Source: Gammaproteobacteria bacterium (GTDB lineage Bacteria; Pseudomonadota; Gammaproteobacteria; JBIOEC01). Taken from it: DNA of 32,000 nucleotides. A program made the position numbers and the translations under genes. The DNA is taken from NCBI GenBank assembly GCA_965279305.1, contig OZ257143.1, positions 900,001 to 932,000 of the forward strand. The letters are read 5' to 3'. Positions within the stretch are counted from its first letter, which is position 1. Every line of letters begins with the position of its first letter. The notes under the pieces were generated by a model. It was not told the DNA's origin and made no database searches. It saw only the letters and a list, made by a program, of their open reading frames with translations. Positions 16,246 through 25,889 of this stretch are shown piece after piece.

Positions 16246-16968
16246 TTAAAAACGGATGGCACGAGCTGCGCACCATACATCAATTTGTTTAACGCCTGCT
16301 TTTTTCAATTCATTACATAGCGTGGCTATAGTATGGCCACTCGTGACTACATCGTCAATAACAGCCACATGAGTAGGCAATTCCTGGGTGGTAACCTTAA
16401 ATGCCGCTTTTATATTCTGAGCTCGTTCTTCTAGCGGAAGATCCATTTGAGCCTGGGTGTATTTTACTCGCTTCACGGCAGTGTAGTGAATAGGTATATT
16501 TAGCCGCTTGCTCATGGGCTTAGCTATCTCTAATGCCTGGTTAAAACCCCGCTCTTTTAAGCGTTTGGCATGCAAAGGCACGGGGATAAGGATTGATGGT
16601 AGTGGAACACCAGTGGTATAGTAACAGGCGCTGAAGTTGGCCATATGCTGCCCTAATAAGCGGGCATATATCAATTTATGCTGAAACTTGAGTTGCAAGA
16701 TGAGCTGATTGATGGGGAACTGATAGCTCCAAAGCGCATGCAGGTGATAAGAGGGAGGATGCGAAAGACATTCCCCACAAAGGCTGCCTTCCAAAGAAGC
16801 AGTAGGTAAGGGTAATCCGCATTGCCCACAAGGATTAGGAATAGTAGGTAGCTCTAATGAGCAAGGCTCGCAAATATTGGGGCGCGAGCCAATTCCTACT
16901 TTTCCGCAGAGCACGCAAGAAATGGGTAGTACCCAGTTGATAAAATGTTTGAGATGAGTGAATAACAT
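16246..16968 (-). CDS. comF: ComF-family protein (phosphoribosyltransferase domain, N-terminal Cys-rich zinc-ribbon)
   Basis: Cys pairs CVLCG...CEPC...CGQCG...CGEC, followed by the PRTase motif VAVIDDVVTSGHT. Sitting divergent to bioB is a common arrangement. Confidence 0.8.
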   Translation of the reverse strand: MLFTHLKHFINWVLPISCVLCGKVGIGSRPNICEPCSLELPTIPNPCGQCGLPLPTASLEGSLCGECLSHPPSYHLHALWSYQFPINQLILQLKFQHKLIYARLLGQHMANFSACYYTTGVPLPSILIPVPLHAKRLKERGFNQALEIAKPMSKRLNIPIHYTAVKRVKYTQAQMDLPLEERAQNIKAAFKVTTQELPTHVAVIDDVVTSGHTIATLCNELKKAGVKQIDVWCAARAIRF

Positions 16969-17000
16969 AAAATAAATTAAAACTAGATTAAGGTATCATT

Positions 17001-17996
17001 ATGAACCAAGCAAAAGAACAACACAATTTCACAGTGCGCCATGATTGGACGGCAGAAGAAGCGAAAGCGATTTATGATTGGCCGTTTGCCGATTTATTAT
17101 TTTATGCGCATCAAGTACACCGCCAATCTTTTAATGCCAATCAAGTGCAAGTCAGCACATTGCTTAGCGTAAAAACAGGCGCATGCCCTGAAGATTGTGG
17201 TTATTGCTCTCAAAGCGGACATTACGATACTAAAATTTTAAAACAAAAATTATTACCCGTAGAAGAAGTATTAGAAAAAGCCAAACAGGCCAAAGCCAAT
17301 GGAGCAACTCGTTTTTGTATGGGTGCAGGTTGGCGCAGTCCGCCGGCTAAACAGTTTCCTGAAATATTAGCCATGGTGAAAGAAGTGAAAGCCATGGGAT
17401 TAGAAACGTGTTTAACTGCCGGTATGTTAAATGATGACCAAGCTAAAGAATTAAAACAATGCGGTTTAGATTATTACAATCACAATTTAGATACTTCACC
17501 TGATTATTATAAAGAAATTATTACGACCAGAAGCTACCAAGACAGATTAGATACATTACAACGTGTGCGCGATTGCGGTATTAATGTATGCTGTGGTGGT
17601 ATTTTAGGTATGGGTGAAACCATTACCGATCGCATTGGATTATTATTAGAACTTTCAAAATTACAGCCGCATCCTGAAAGTGTGCCTTTAAATTGGTTAG
17701 TGCCTATTGAAGGAACTCCTGTGGGCGAAAAAATGAAAGATCAAAAATTAGATGGTATTGCCTTTGTTCGTATGGTGGCATTGGCGCGTATTTTAATGCC
17801 TACTTCTTATGTGCGTTTATCGGCTGGCCGAAATATTATGAGTGATGAATTACAATCACTTTGCTTTTTTGCCGGTGCTAATTCTATTCATGCGGGCGAG
17901 CAATTATTAACCACGCCATTACCGGGTACTGATAGCGATTTACAATTATTTTCGCGTTTAGGTATTAATACAGAAGTGAAAGTAGAACATGCCTAA
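17001..17996 (+). CDS. bioB: Biotin synthase
   Basis: Radical-SAM Cx3Cx2C motif [11 protein letters not shown], plus YNHNLDTS and GGILGMGE. 331 aa. Confidence 0.96.
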   Translation: MNQAKEQHNFTVRHDWTAEEAKAIYDWPFADLLFYAHQVHRQSFNANQVQVSTLLSVKTGACPEDCGYCSQSGHYDTKILKQKLLPVEEVLEKAKQAKANGATRFCMGAGWRSPPAKQFPEILAMVKEVKAMGLETCLTAGMLNDDQAKELKQCGLDYYNHNLDTSPDYYKEIITTRSYQDRLDTLQRVRDCGINVCCGGILGMGETITDRIGLLLELSKLQPHPESVPLNWLVPIEGTPVGEKMKDQKLDGIAFVRMVALARILMPTSYVRLSAGRNIMSDELQSLCFFAGANSIHAGEQLLTTPLPGTDSDLQLFSRLGINTEVKVEHA

Positions 17997-18603
17997 ACAT
18001 TTTTTTATTGCAGGAACCGATACAGGCATAGGTAAAACCTATGCGACTTGCGAACTCTTAAAACAATTTCAAAGCAAAAATAAAACCGCTATTGGTATTA
18101 AGCCTGTTCAGTGTGGCGATTTAGAAAACTCTGATACTGCGCTTTTAATGAAGCATAATAGCGTGAGCTTGTCTAAGGAAATAGTTAATCCGTACGTGCT
18201 CAAGCTTCCTACTAGCCCACATATTGCAGCTGCCTATGAGAATGTTTCACTAACCGCAGAGGGTATTGTTAATGCATGCCAACCTGCTCTTGCACAAGAC
18301 GTGGATGTGGTATTAATTGAAGGTGCTGGTGGTTGGATTGTGCCTATTAACGATTATGAAACTATGGCCGATGTAGCCAAAAAATTCGATTGCCCGGTGA
18401 TATTAGTGGTGGGCTTGCGATTAGGTTGTTTGAATCATGCATTGCTGACAGTAGAAGCTATCAAAGCAAAAGGTATTCCATTGCATGGCTGGATTGCTAA
18501 TCAAATCGATCCTAAATTTTCGTTTGAGCCAGAATATTTAAATACGCTGAAGTCTGCTATTCCTAGCCAATACTTAGCTTATATTCCCTTTGCTGAAAAA
18601 TAA
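17989..18603 (+). CDS. bioD: Dethiobiotin synthetase
   Basis: [18 protein letters not shown]-loop and EGAGGW motif. The ATG overlaps the bioB stop by 8 nt (ATGCCTAA). Confidence 0.92.
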   Translation: MPKHFFIAGTDTGIGKTYATCELLKQFQSKNKTAIGIKPVQCGDLENSDTALLMKHNSVSLSKEIVNPYVLKLPTSPHIAAAYENVSLTAEGIVNACQPALAQDVDVVLIEGAGGWIVPINDYETMADVAKKFDCPVILVVGLRLGCLNHALLTVEAIKAKGIPLHGWIANQIDPKFSFEPEYLNTLKSAIPSQYLAYIPFAEK

Positions 18604-18611
18604 GTGGCTAA

Positions 18612-19496
18612 TTAATGTTGGTTTTCTTTTTGAAAGTAACTGTTCATGCTAAAGAAAATTAAACCTGCCCAAATAAATCCAAAGCTGATAATTGTATTGG
18701 GCATCATAGGCTCGTGGTAAGCATATACGGCGAGTATCCACATAATAGTCGGAGAAATATATTGTAATAATCCTAAGGTGGATAATCGCATACGTGTTGT
18801 TGCCCCTGCAAAAAAGAGTAGCGGAAGCGTGGTAATAATGCCGGCGGAAATTAATATTAAATTTAATCGCCAGTTATTATCCATAATCTCACCTGTTTGG
18901 CTGTGAATACCAAATAAGAAATAAAGAGCGAAAGGATATAAAATCAGTGTTTCTATTAAAAGACCGGTTAGTCCATCAACATTAATCCGTTTGCGAATAA
19001 GACTGTAAGCACTAAACGTAGTTGCTTCTATCAGTGCAATCCAAGGTACAGAGCCTACCATCATCACTTCAATTAATACGCCAAATGCTGTTAAGGTAAC
19101 GGCTATTCCTTGCCAAAGCGTTAATCGTTCTTTGAAAAAAATAATGCCTAAGATCACCATCATCAGCGGCATAATAAAATAGCCCATACTGGCTTCTAAT
19201 AATTGGTCCGTGGCAATGGCCCAAATATAGACAAACCAATTAAGCCCAATTAATAAAGCAGAGGCGGTGAGCATCAGTAATTTTTTAGGTTCAGAGATAA
19301 TATGTTTTACATTATCCCAACGACGGGTAACAGCAATAATTAAAAAGATAAGAATGGCAGACCAAAAAATACGATGGCTGATCACTTCAGTGGAAGGAAC
19401 ATCTTGCAGTAATTTGTAATAGATAGGCGTAGTGCCCCAAATCACATAAGCAATGGTGCCGTATAAAAAACCTTGTTGTGTATTATTTAGGGACAT
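18612..19496 (-). CDS. rarD: EamA/DMT-family transporter RarD
   Basis: 294 aa, 10-TM type. The N-terminus QGFLYGTIAYVIWGTTPIYYKLL..VPSTEVISHRIFWS parallels E. coli RarD (QGVLLALAAYFIWGIAPAYFKLI..VPADEILTHRVIWS) as I recall it. Confidence 0.8.
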   Translation of the reverse strand: MSLNNTQQGFLYGTIAYVIWGTTPIYYKLLQDVPSTEVISHRIFWSAILIFLIIAVTRRWDNVKHIISEPKKLLMLTASALLIGLNWFVYIWAIATDQLLEASMGYFIMPLMMVILGIIFFKERLTLWQGIAVTLTAFGVLIEVMMVGSVPWIALIEATTFSAYSLIRKRINVDGLTGLLIETLILYPFALYFLFGIHSQTGEIMDNNWRLNLILISAGIITTLPLLFFAGATTRMRLSTLGLLQYISPTIMWILAVYAYHEPMMPNTIISFGFIWAGLIFFSMNSYFQKENQH

Positions 19497-19502
19497 ATTA
19501 CC

Positions 19503-20273
19503 TTAATGAGCTGTGTAACCACCATCAATAACGAGTTCACTTCCTGTCACAAATTTAGATTCATCAGAAGCTAAATATAATATTCCATAGGCCACATCAA
19601 TCGCTTCGCCCATATGACCTAATGGATGCAGTGCACCTACATTTTTACGGAATTCATCAAGATTTCCATGGGCGCTGCCAAAGGTTTCAACCAGTGGTGT
19701 CCAAATAAATCCTGGATGAACAGAATTAACACGAATATTATTTTTGGAATACATCATCGCATCGGTTTTAGACATCAGCCTTACTGCACCTTTAGAAGCG
19801 TGATAAGCAGGTATATCGGGTGCGCTTATTAAACCATAAATAGAAGAAAGATTAATAATGCTGCCGCTTTTATTTTTTAATAAATAAGGAATCACATGTT
19901 TAGTGCAAAAGAAAACGCCTTTCACGTTGATGTTTTGAACGGCATCCCATTCGGCTTCGGTAATTTCATGGGTGGGTTTATCTACGCCTGCGATCCCAGC
20001 GTTGTTGACTAGAATATCGATTTTGCCGAAAGTCTTGTTGATATCGGCCATCACATCTTTGGCATCTTGCTCTTTAGCGGTATTCAGTAACCAGAAGCGA
20101 GCTTCGCCTCCCGCATCAGTAATTTTTTTGACAACGGCTTGGCCTTTTTCTTCATTAATATCGGTGACAGCAACCTTAGCGCCTTCTTTTGCAAAAAGCA
20201 GACAAGTAGCCTCGCCAATACCCATCGCTCCGCCAGTCACGATAGCTACTTTACCTTCTAGACGATTAGCCAT
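19503..20273 (-). CDS. Classical short-chain dehydrogenase/reductase (SDR)
   Basis: TGGAMGIGEA cofactor motif, NNAG and catalytic YHASK. 256 aa. It ends 6 nt upstream of rarD on the same strand. Confidence 0.85.
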   Translation of the reverse strand: MANRLEGKVAIVTGGAMGIGEATCLLFAKEGAKVAVTDINEEKGQAVVKKITDAGGEARFWLLNTAKEQDAKDVMADINKTFGKIDILVNNAGIAGVDKPTHEITEAEWDAVQNINVKGVFFCTKHVIPYLLKNKSGSIINLSSIYGLISAPDIPAYHASKGAVRLMSKTDAMMYSKNNIRVNSVHPGFIWTPLVETFGSAHGNLDEFRKNVGALHPLGHMGEAIDVAYGILYLASDESKFVTGSELVIDGGYTAH

Positions 20274-20323
20274 AACACCCTCCTTGCTGTTTAGTGCCTA
20301 GAATAACACAAGGATCCTCAAAT

Positions 20324-20352
20324 TTGTGGCAGGGGGCGGGGTTTGGTATAAT
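20324..20352 (+). promoter_or_regulatory. Sigma70 promoter candidate (extended -10) for the oxygenase-waaC-hldE-hldD-waaA operon
   Basis: TTGTGG (20324-20329), a 17-nt spacer, then TGgTATAAT with TATAAT at 20347-20352. It lies 38 nt upstream of the ATG at 20390. Confidence 0.55.
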
Positions 20353-20389
20353 TCTACCCTTTCTAGCCCCTAATATGTCGGGAGGTTCC

Positions 20390-21061
20390 ATGAGTGCATC
20401 TTGCCAGCTACTCGATTTAGAGGCTATCAAAGCCGCTACGGTAACGCCATCTCCTTTTCCTTACGCGATTATTGAGCACTCGCTGAAGGAGCCAGAGCTT
20501 GCTGCCATACAAAAAGATTATCCTGAGATCCATGATGCGGGTAGTTTTCCTTTAAGTGCCGTTCAATATGGCTCTCATTTCTCCCAGCTTATAGATGAAT
20601 TGAAAGGGGATGCTTTTCGTGAGGTGTTAGAAGAAAAATTTCATTTGGATCTCAAAAATAAACCGGTGATGATTACCGTACGTGGTAAAGCCGATCATAC
20701 TGACGGACGCATTCACACTGACAGCAAAAGTAAATTGATTACCGTGCTGTTATATATGAATGAAAATTGGCAGCCCGATGGTGGTCGATTACGTTTGTTA
20801 TATGATAAAGAAAATTTAGATCGTTACTTTGCTGAAATTTCTCCTTCCATTGGCAGTATGTTAATTTTTAAAGTAACCGAAAATGGTTGGCATGGCCATA
20901 AGCCATTTATTGGTACACGAAAAGTGATCCAATTAAATTATGTAACCAATGAAGCAGCACTGAATAAGCATGCCAATCGTCATAAAACCTCAGCAAAATT
21001 TAAAGAGTGGCGTAGAAAAGTCATGAAAGCGTTAGGGTTTGAATCATCGGAATATAAATAA
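20390..21061 (+). CDS. 2-oxoglutarate/Fe(II)-dependent oxygenase superfamily protein (prolyl-hydroxylase-like fold), substrate unknown
   Basis: HxD...H facial triad candidates (GRIHTDSKSK ... NGWHGHKPF). The motif LITVLLYMNENWQPDGGRLRLL is typical of 2OG-Fe(II) oxygenase domains. The ATG at 20390 has GGAGG 5 nt upstream. The stop lies 3 nt before waaC. Confidence 0.75.
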   Translation: MSASCQLLDLEAIKAATVTPSPFPYAIIEHSLKEPELAAIQKDYPEIHDAGSFPLSAVQYGSHFSQLIDELKGDAFREVLEEKFHLDLKNKPVMITVRGKADHTDGRIHTDSKSKLITVLLYMNENWQPDGGRLRLLYDKENLDRYFAEISPSIGSMLIFKVTENGWHGHKPFIGTRKVIQLNYVTNEAALNKHANRHKTSAKFKEWRRKVMKALGFESSEYK

Positions 21062-21064
21062 ACT

Positions 21065-22090
21065 ATGAATGTATTAATTGTTAAACTCACGTCAATGGGT
21101 GATTTGGTTCATGCTTTGCCTGCTATTTCTGATGCAGTAAAAGCTATTCCTGATATTCACTTTGATTGGGTTGTAGATGAAGCATTTGCCGATATTGCCA
21201 GACTTCATCCTGGGGTTGAAAATATTATTACTACGGCTCATCGTCGATGGTCACGCGAAAAATGGAAAACATTTAAAAGTAATGAAGTTGTTAATTTAAT
21301 TAAAAAAATCCGTGAGAAAAAATACGATGTAGTTATTGATGCGCAAAATAATTTAAAAAGCGCTATCGTTACCAGTATTACGCGCGGATTAAAATGCGGC
21401 ATGGATAAAAACAGTGCCCGCGAAAAATTTTCAGATTTGGTGTGTGATAAAACATTTTATATTCCGTTAGATCAACATGCCATTGCACGTCAGCGTCAGT
21501 TATTTGCCCAATCATTAGGCTACGAAGTGCCAACAACATTTCCTGACTTTGGTATTGATAAAAATAAATTACCAGCGATTCCCGTTACATTGCCTAAACC
21601 GTATGTGGTTTTTGTGCATAGCACTACCTGGCAAAGCAAGCATTGGCCTGAATCCTATTGGATGGAACTGATTAAAATGGCGGCGGATGCAGGTTATCAT
21701 ATTGTTTTACCTTGGGGTAATGCGGCAGAGCAGGCAAGAGCAGAACGCTTAGCCAAAGCCTCTGATCAGACCATTGTATTACCTCGTTTATCGATTCGTG
21801 AACAGGCGTCTATGTTGAATGGGGCTGTGGGAACCGTATGTGTGGATACAGGCCTAGGGCATTTGGCGGCCGCTTTAGATGTGCCGGGTGTCCATTTATA
21901 TGGCCCTACGGATCCTAAATTGATTGGGGCTACTGGCAAGCATCAAGTACATTTAATTGCCGAGTATGAATGTGCCCCCTGTTATTGGCAGGAATGTCAG
22001 TTTGGCTCTGAGTCTTCCTGCTTTTTGAAGAATATGAAGCCCGATAGGGTCTGGGAAGCATTCCAAACTTCCATAAATCCTATGGTATAA
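21065..22090 (+). CDS. waaC: Lipopolysaccharide heptosyltransferase I
   Basis: [23 protein letters not shown]...FDWVVDE...YDVVIDAQ is colinear with E. coli WaaC (MRVLIVKTSSMGDVLHTLPALTD...FDWVVEE...YDAVIDAQ). Confidence 0.9.
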   Translation: MNVLIVKLTSMGDLVHALPAISDAVKAIPDIHFDWVVDEAFADIARLHPGVENIITTAHRRWSREKWKTFKSNEVVNLIKKIREKKYDVVIDAQNNLKSAIVTSITRGLKCGMDKNSAREKFSDLVCDKTFYIPLDQHAIARQRQLFAQSLGYEVPTTFPDFGIDKNKLPAIPVTLPKPYVVFVHSTTWQSKHWPESYWMELIKMAADAGYHIVLPWGNAAEQARAERLAKASDQTIVLPRLSIREQASMLNGAVGTVCVDTGLGHLAAALDVPGVHLYGPTDPKLIGATGKHQVHLIAEYECAPCYWQECQFGSESSCFLKNMKPDRVWEAFQTSINPMV

Positions 22091-23526
22091 TGGCGCCCAT
22101 GACATCACTACCTTCGTTTGAAAAAGCCCGTGTTCTCGTGGTTGGCGATATTATGCTAGACCGCTATTGGTATGGCGCGACTTCACGAATTTCCCCCGAG
22201 GCGCCTGTGCCGGTGGTGCGCGTGAATGAACTGGTGGAAAAACCGGGTGGGGCTGCCAACGTGGCCATGAATGTAACCAGCCTAGGCGCCCAATCTCTAT
22301 TAATGGGCTGGGTAGGCGATGATGAAGCCGCCGATAGATTAGAGCAGCTATTACAGCTAGCCTCAGTAACCACCCATTTTTTACGTTCTACTGATTTCCC
22401 GACTATTACCAAATTACGTGTGCTAAGCCATCACCAACAATTGATCCGTTTAGATTTTGAAGAATTGGTAATGGCCATGTCCCATGAAAAGCTGGTGGAT
22501 GCATTTTCTAAAAAAGTACGCGATTACGATGTGGTGGTTTTATCAGATTACGGTAAAGGCTGCTTAGCAGAACCTCAAGCCTTTATTAAAGCGGCTCGTG
22601 CTGCCAAAGTACCTGTGCTTGTCGATCCTAAGCGTTCTGATTTTGAAGCGTATGCTGGTGCTACATTAGTGACCCCTAATCGTCATGAATTTGAAGCCGT
22701 AGTAGGGCCTTGCGCTGATGAAAAAGAATTAGTGAGTAAAGGCATGAAGCTATTAAAGAAATGCCATATTCATGGATTGTTAGTTACACGCGGTGAACAA
22801 GGCATGACATTATTAATGGAAAATGCTGAACCTTTGCATTTACCAGCCTTTGCACGCGAAGTATATGATGTAACCGGTGCAGGTGATACGGTTATTGGCG
22901 TATTGGCTGCCGCTATAGCCGCGGGCACTGATTTTCCATTAGCAGTTAAGTTAGCCAATGCTGCTGCTGGTGTTGTTGTGGGTAAATTAGGAACAGCAAC
23001 GGTGAGTGTGGCAGAATTAAGCCAAGCATTAACCACCGTTCAACCTGTGAAACAAGGTGTGGTGAGTGTAGATGAATTATTAGCCTTACGCGCCGGCGCT
23101 AAAGAGCGTGATGAACGCGTAGTAATGACGAATGGTTGCTTTGATATATTACATGCAGGACATGTGGCGTATTTAGAACAAGCCAAATCTTTAGGCGATC
23201 GTTTAATTATTGCTGTCAATGATGACGCTTCAGTTGCGCGATTAAAAGGAGAAAGTCGTCCTTTAGTTCCTTTAGCAGAGCGTATGCAAGTATTATCCGG
23301 TTTACGCGCAGTAGATTGGGTAGTATCTTTTAGTGAAGATACACCCGCTAAATTAATTGAAAAAATCGTACCAGATGTATTAGTGAAAGGTGGCGATTAT
23401 AAAGTAGAGCAAATAGCAGGCCATAAAACAGTATTAGCCCATGGCGGCGAAGTGAAAATTTTGAAATTTGTTCCAGGATGCTCAACCACTAATATTGTAA
23501 ATAAAATAAAAGGGGCAGATAAGTGA
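22090..23526 (+). CDS. hldE: Bifunctional D-beta-D-heptose 7-phosphate kinase / D-beta-D-heptose 1-phosphate adenylyltransferase
   Basis: [29 protein letters not shown]...GGAANVA (kinase half) and [11 protein letters not shown] (cytidylyltransferase-like half). The ATG shares 1 nt with the waaC stop. An alternative ATG lies at 22099. Confidence 0.95.
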   Translation: MAPMTSLPSFEKARVLVVGDIMLDRYWYGATSRISPEAPVPVVRVNELVEKPGGAANVAMNVTSLGAQSLLMGWVGDDEAADRLEQLLQLASVTTHFLRSTDFPTITKLRVLSHHQQLIRLDFEELVMAMSHEKLVDAFSKKVRDYDVVVLSDYGKGCLAEPQAFIKAARAAKVPVLVDPKRSDFEAYAGATLVTPNRHEFEAVVGPCADEKELVSKGMKLLKKCHIHGLLVTRGEQGMTLLMENAEPLHLPAFAREVYDVTGAGDTVIGVLAAAIAAGTDFPLAVKLANAAAGVVVGKLGTATVSVAELSQALTTVQPVKQGVVSVDELLALRAGAKERDERVVMTNGCFDILHAGHVAYLEQAKSLGDRLIIAVNDDASVARLKGESRPLVPLAERMQVLSGLRAVDWVVSFSEDTPAKLIEKIVPDVLVKGGDYKVEQIAGHKTVLAHGGEVKILKFVPGCSTTNIVNKIKGADK

Positions 23527-24482
23527 TTATAGTAACAGGCGGCGCTGGGTTTATCGGCAGCAATATCATAAAACAATTAAATGCGATGGGCGAAAAAGAT
23601 ATTATCGTTGTGGATGATCTCACCAATGGTAAGCAATTTTATAATATTGCCGATTTGATTATTGCTGACTATGTAGATAAAGAAGATTTTTTATACGATA
23701 TTTTATATAACCCTGAAAAATACGAAAAAGCGCGTGTCGTTTTTCATGAAGGAGCTTGCTCTTCTACTACAGAGTGGAATGGAAAATTCATGATGGAAAA
23801 TAATTATGAATATTCTAAGCATGTGTTAGATTTTTGTAATGATAATAAAATTCCATTTATTTATGCTTCTAGTGCTGCTGTATATGGTGGGAATAAAGAA
23901 TTCTCTGAAACTCCTGAACATGAAGCGCCTTTAAATGTGTATGGTTATTCCAAATGCTTATTTGATCGTTATGTTCGTAATTTGTGGGAACAAAAAGCGA
24001 TTCATACGCAAGTAGTGGGATTACGTTATTTTAATGTGTATGGTCCTCGTGAAGCGCATAAAGGCTCTATGTCTAGTGTGGCGTTTCATTTGAATGGCCA
24101 GTTAAAAAATAATGGCGAAATTAAATTATTTGCTGGCACCGACGGTTATGCCGATGGTGAGCAGCGCAGAGATTTTGTATTTGTTGACGATGTGGCCGCA
24201 GTAAACATTTGGTTTTGGCAACATCCTCAACAGAGTGGTATTTTCAATGTAGGCACCGGGAGAAGCCAAAGCTTTAATGATGTAGCACATGCCGTATTAG
24301 ATTGGCATAAAGGTAAAGGAAAATTAGTTTATATTCCTTTCCCTGATCATTTAAAAGGTGCGTATCAAAGTTACACCCAAGCCGATATTACCGCATTGCG
24401 TAATGCCGGATACACAGCAGAGTTTGATACGGTAGAGCAAGGCGTTAAAAAATATTTGGATTGGATGAATGCGAATGGATAA
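23523..24482 (+). CDS. hldD: ADP-L-glycero-D-manno-heptose 6-epimerase
   Basis: [20 protein letters not shown] is nearly identical to the E. coli HldD N-terminus. GTG start in a GTGA overlap with the hldE stop. Confidence 0.95.
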   Translation: MIIVTGGAGFIGSNIIKQLNAMGEKDIIVVDDLTNGKQFYNIADLIIADYVDKEDFLYDILYNPEKYEKARVVFHEGACSSTTEWNGKFMMENNYEYSKHVLDFCNDNKIPFIYASSAAVYGGNKEFSETPEHEAPLNVYGYSKCLFDRYVRNLWEQKAIHTQVVGLRYFNVYGPREAHKGSMSSVAFHLNGQLKNNGEIKLFAGTDGYADGEQRRDFVFVDDVAAVNIWFWQHPQQSGIFNVGTGRSQSFNDVAHAVLDWHKGKGKLVYIPFPDHLKGAYQSYTQADITALRNAGYTAEFDTVEQGVKKYLDWMNANG

Positions 24483-24485
24483 AGC

Positions 24486-25745
24486 ATGATGCGTTTTATT
24501 TACACGCTGATTATTTATTTAATTATTCCTATTGCTTTGCTTCGATTATGGTGGCGCGGCCGCCAAAACCCTGCTTATCGAAAACGTTGGAAAGAACGTT
24601 TTGGTTTTGTTCCTAATCGCAATGACAAACCTGTTTGGGTTCATGCAGTTTCAGTAGGCGAGAGTATTGCTGCTATTCCTCTGATCAAAAAATTATTAGC
24701 CGATAAATACCCTGTGGTAGTCACTACCATGACGATTACAGGCGGTGAGCGTATTCAAGCTACTTTTGGCGATCAAGTCAGTCATTATTATATTCCTTAC
24801 GATACTCCCGCCAATGTTAAACGGTTTTTAAATCGAATTAAGCCTCGTTTCGGTATGATTATGGAAACTGAAATATGGCCTAATTTATATTATTATTGCG
24901 CACAGCGATCGCTTTCCGTGTTTTTGGTCAATGCACGTCTTTCGCCAAATTCATTCAAACATTATTCTTATTTCTTATCTTTATTTACACCTACCTTAAA
25001 TTGCTTAACTTCTATAGAAGCACAAACAGAGATGGATGCTCAGCGTTATAGAGAGTTAGGCGCTGATGTTTCTCGCGTGCATGTGATGGGCAATATTAAA
25101 TTTGATATTCAAATTCCTGAAAAAGCGCGTGAAGAAGGTAAAGCACTTCGTGCTGCTATATTAGATCGTCCCGTTTTTATTGCAGCCAGCACACATGCAG
25201 GCGAAGAAGAAATTATCTTAGAACTATTTAAAAATATTCGTGAACAATTACCTACGCTTTTATTGGTGATAGTGCCAAGACACCCAGAACGTTTTAATGT
25301 TGTGGCTGAATTAATTCAAAATCAGGGTTGGAGTTTGTGTAAGCGCAGTGAAAAAAATAATACCGCCTTAGCGACTACCGATATTTTTCTAGGTGACACT
25401 ATGGGTGAGCTATTAACTTTATATGCCGCTTCTGATTTAGCATTTGTAGGTGGAAGTTTAGTGGCTATTGGCGGCCATAATGTACTAGAGCCTGCGTCTT
25501 TATCAGTACCTTCGGTGACGGGCCCACACACTTTTAACTTCGTTGAGATTATGGAGTTAATGACGGAAGCAGGCGGCTGTATTCAGGTAAATGATCCTAA
25601 AGAATTAGCTGAAGTAGTTCTTTCTTTATTAAAGGATTCTATCCAGTGTAAAAAAATGGGACAAGCGGCTTATCAAACGGTGCTAGCAAATCGTGGTGCG
25701 CTCGAGCGATTGTGGGAAAAAGTCCTCCCTTTATTGAAAGGGTAA
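24486..25745 (+). CDS. waaA: 3-deoxy-D-manno-octulosonic acid (Kdo) transferase
   Basis: N-terminal membrane anchor, RWKERFG and VWVHAVSVGES motifs as in KdtA/WaaA. 419 aa. It starts 3 nt after hldD. Confidence 0.92.
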   Translation: MMRFIYTLIIYLIIPIALLRLWWRGRQNPAYRKRWKERFGFVPNRNDKPVWVHAVSVGESIAAIPLIKKLLADKYPVVVTTMTITGGERIQATFGDQVSHYYIPYDTPANVKRFLNRIKPRFGMIMETEIWPNLYYYCAQRSLSVFLVNARLSPNSFKHYSYFLSLFTPTLNCLTSIEAQTEMDAQRYRELGADVSRVHVMGNIKFDIQIPEKAREEGKALRAAILDRPVFIAASTHAGEEEIILELFKNIREQLPTLLLVIVPRHPERFNVVAELIQNQGWSLCKRSEKNNTALATTDIFLGDTMGELLTLYAASDLAFVGGSLVAIGGHNVLEPASLSVPSVTGPHTFNFVEIMELMTEAGGCIQVNDPKELAEVVLSLLKDSIQCKKMGQAAYQTVLANRGALERLWEKVLPLLKG

Positions 25746-25889
25746 CTGAGAATAAACTCAGTATAAATACCAAATCTGAGAAAAGTTCGGTGCGGAATGT
25801 GGATGTTAGTGGTAGAATGTCGGCTTCCGCTCAGGAAATACAGAATTACTATTATCTCTACCTTAAAACTAAAATAAGGGGTTACCATC

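Noticed and set aside
25746-25761. Hairpin CTGAG-AATAAA-CTCAG immediately after the waaA stop, as an intrinsic terminator.
   Set aside because: The stem is only 5 bp and AT-poor in strength, and it is followed by TATAAATACC rather than a U-tract. That is too weak to call.
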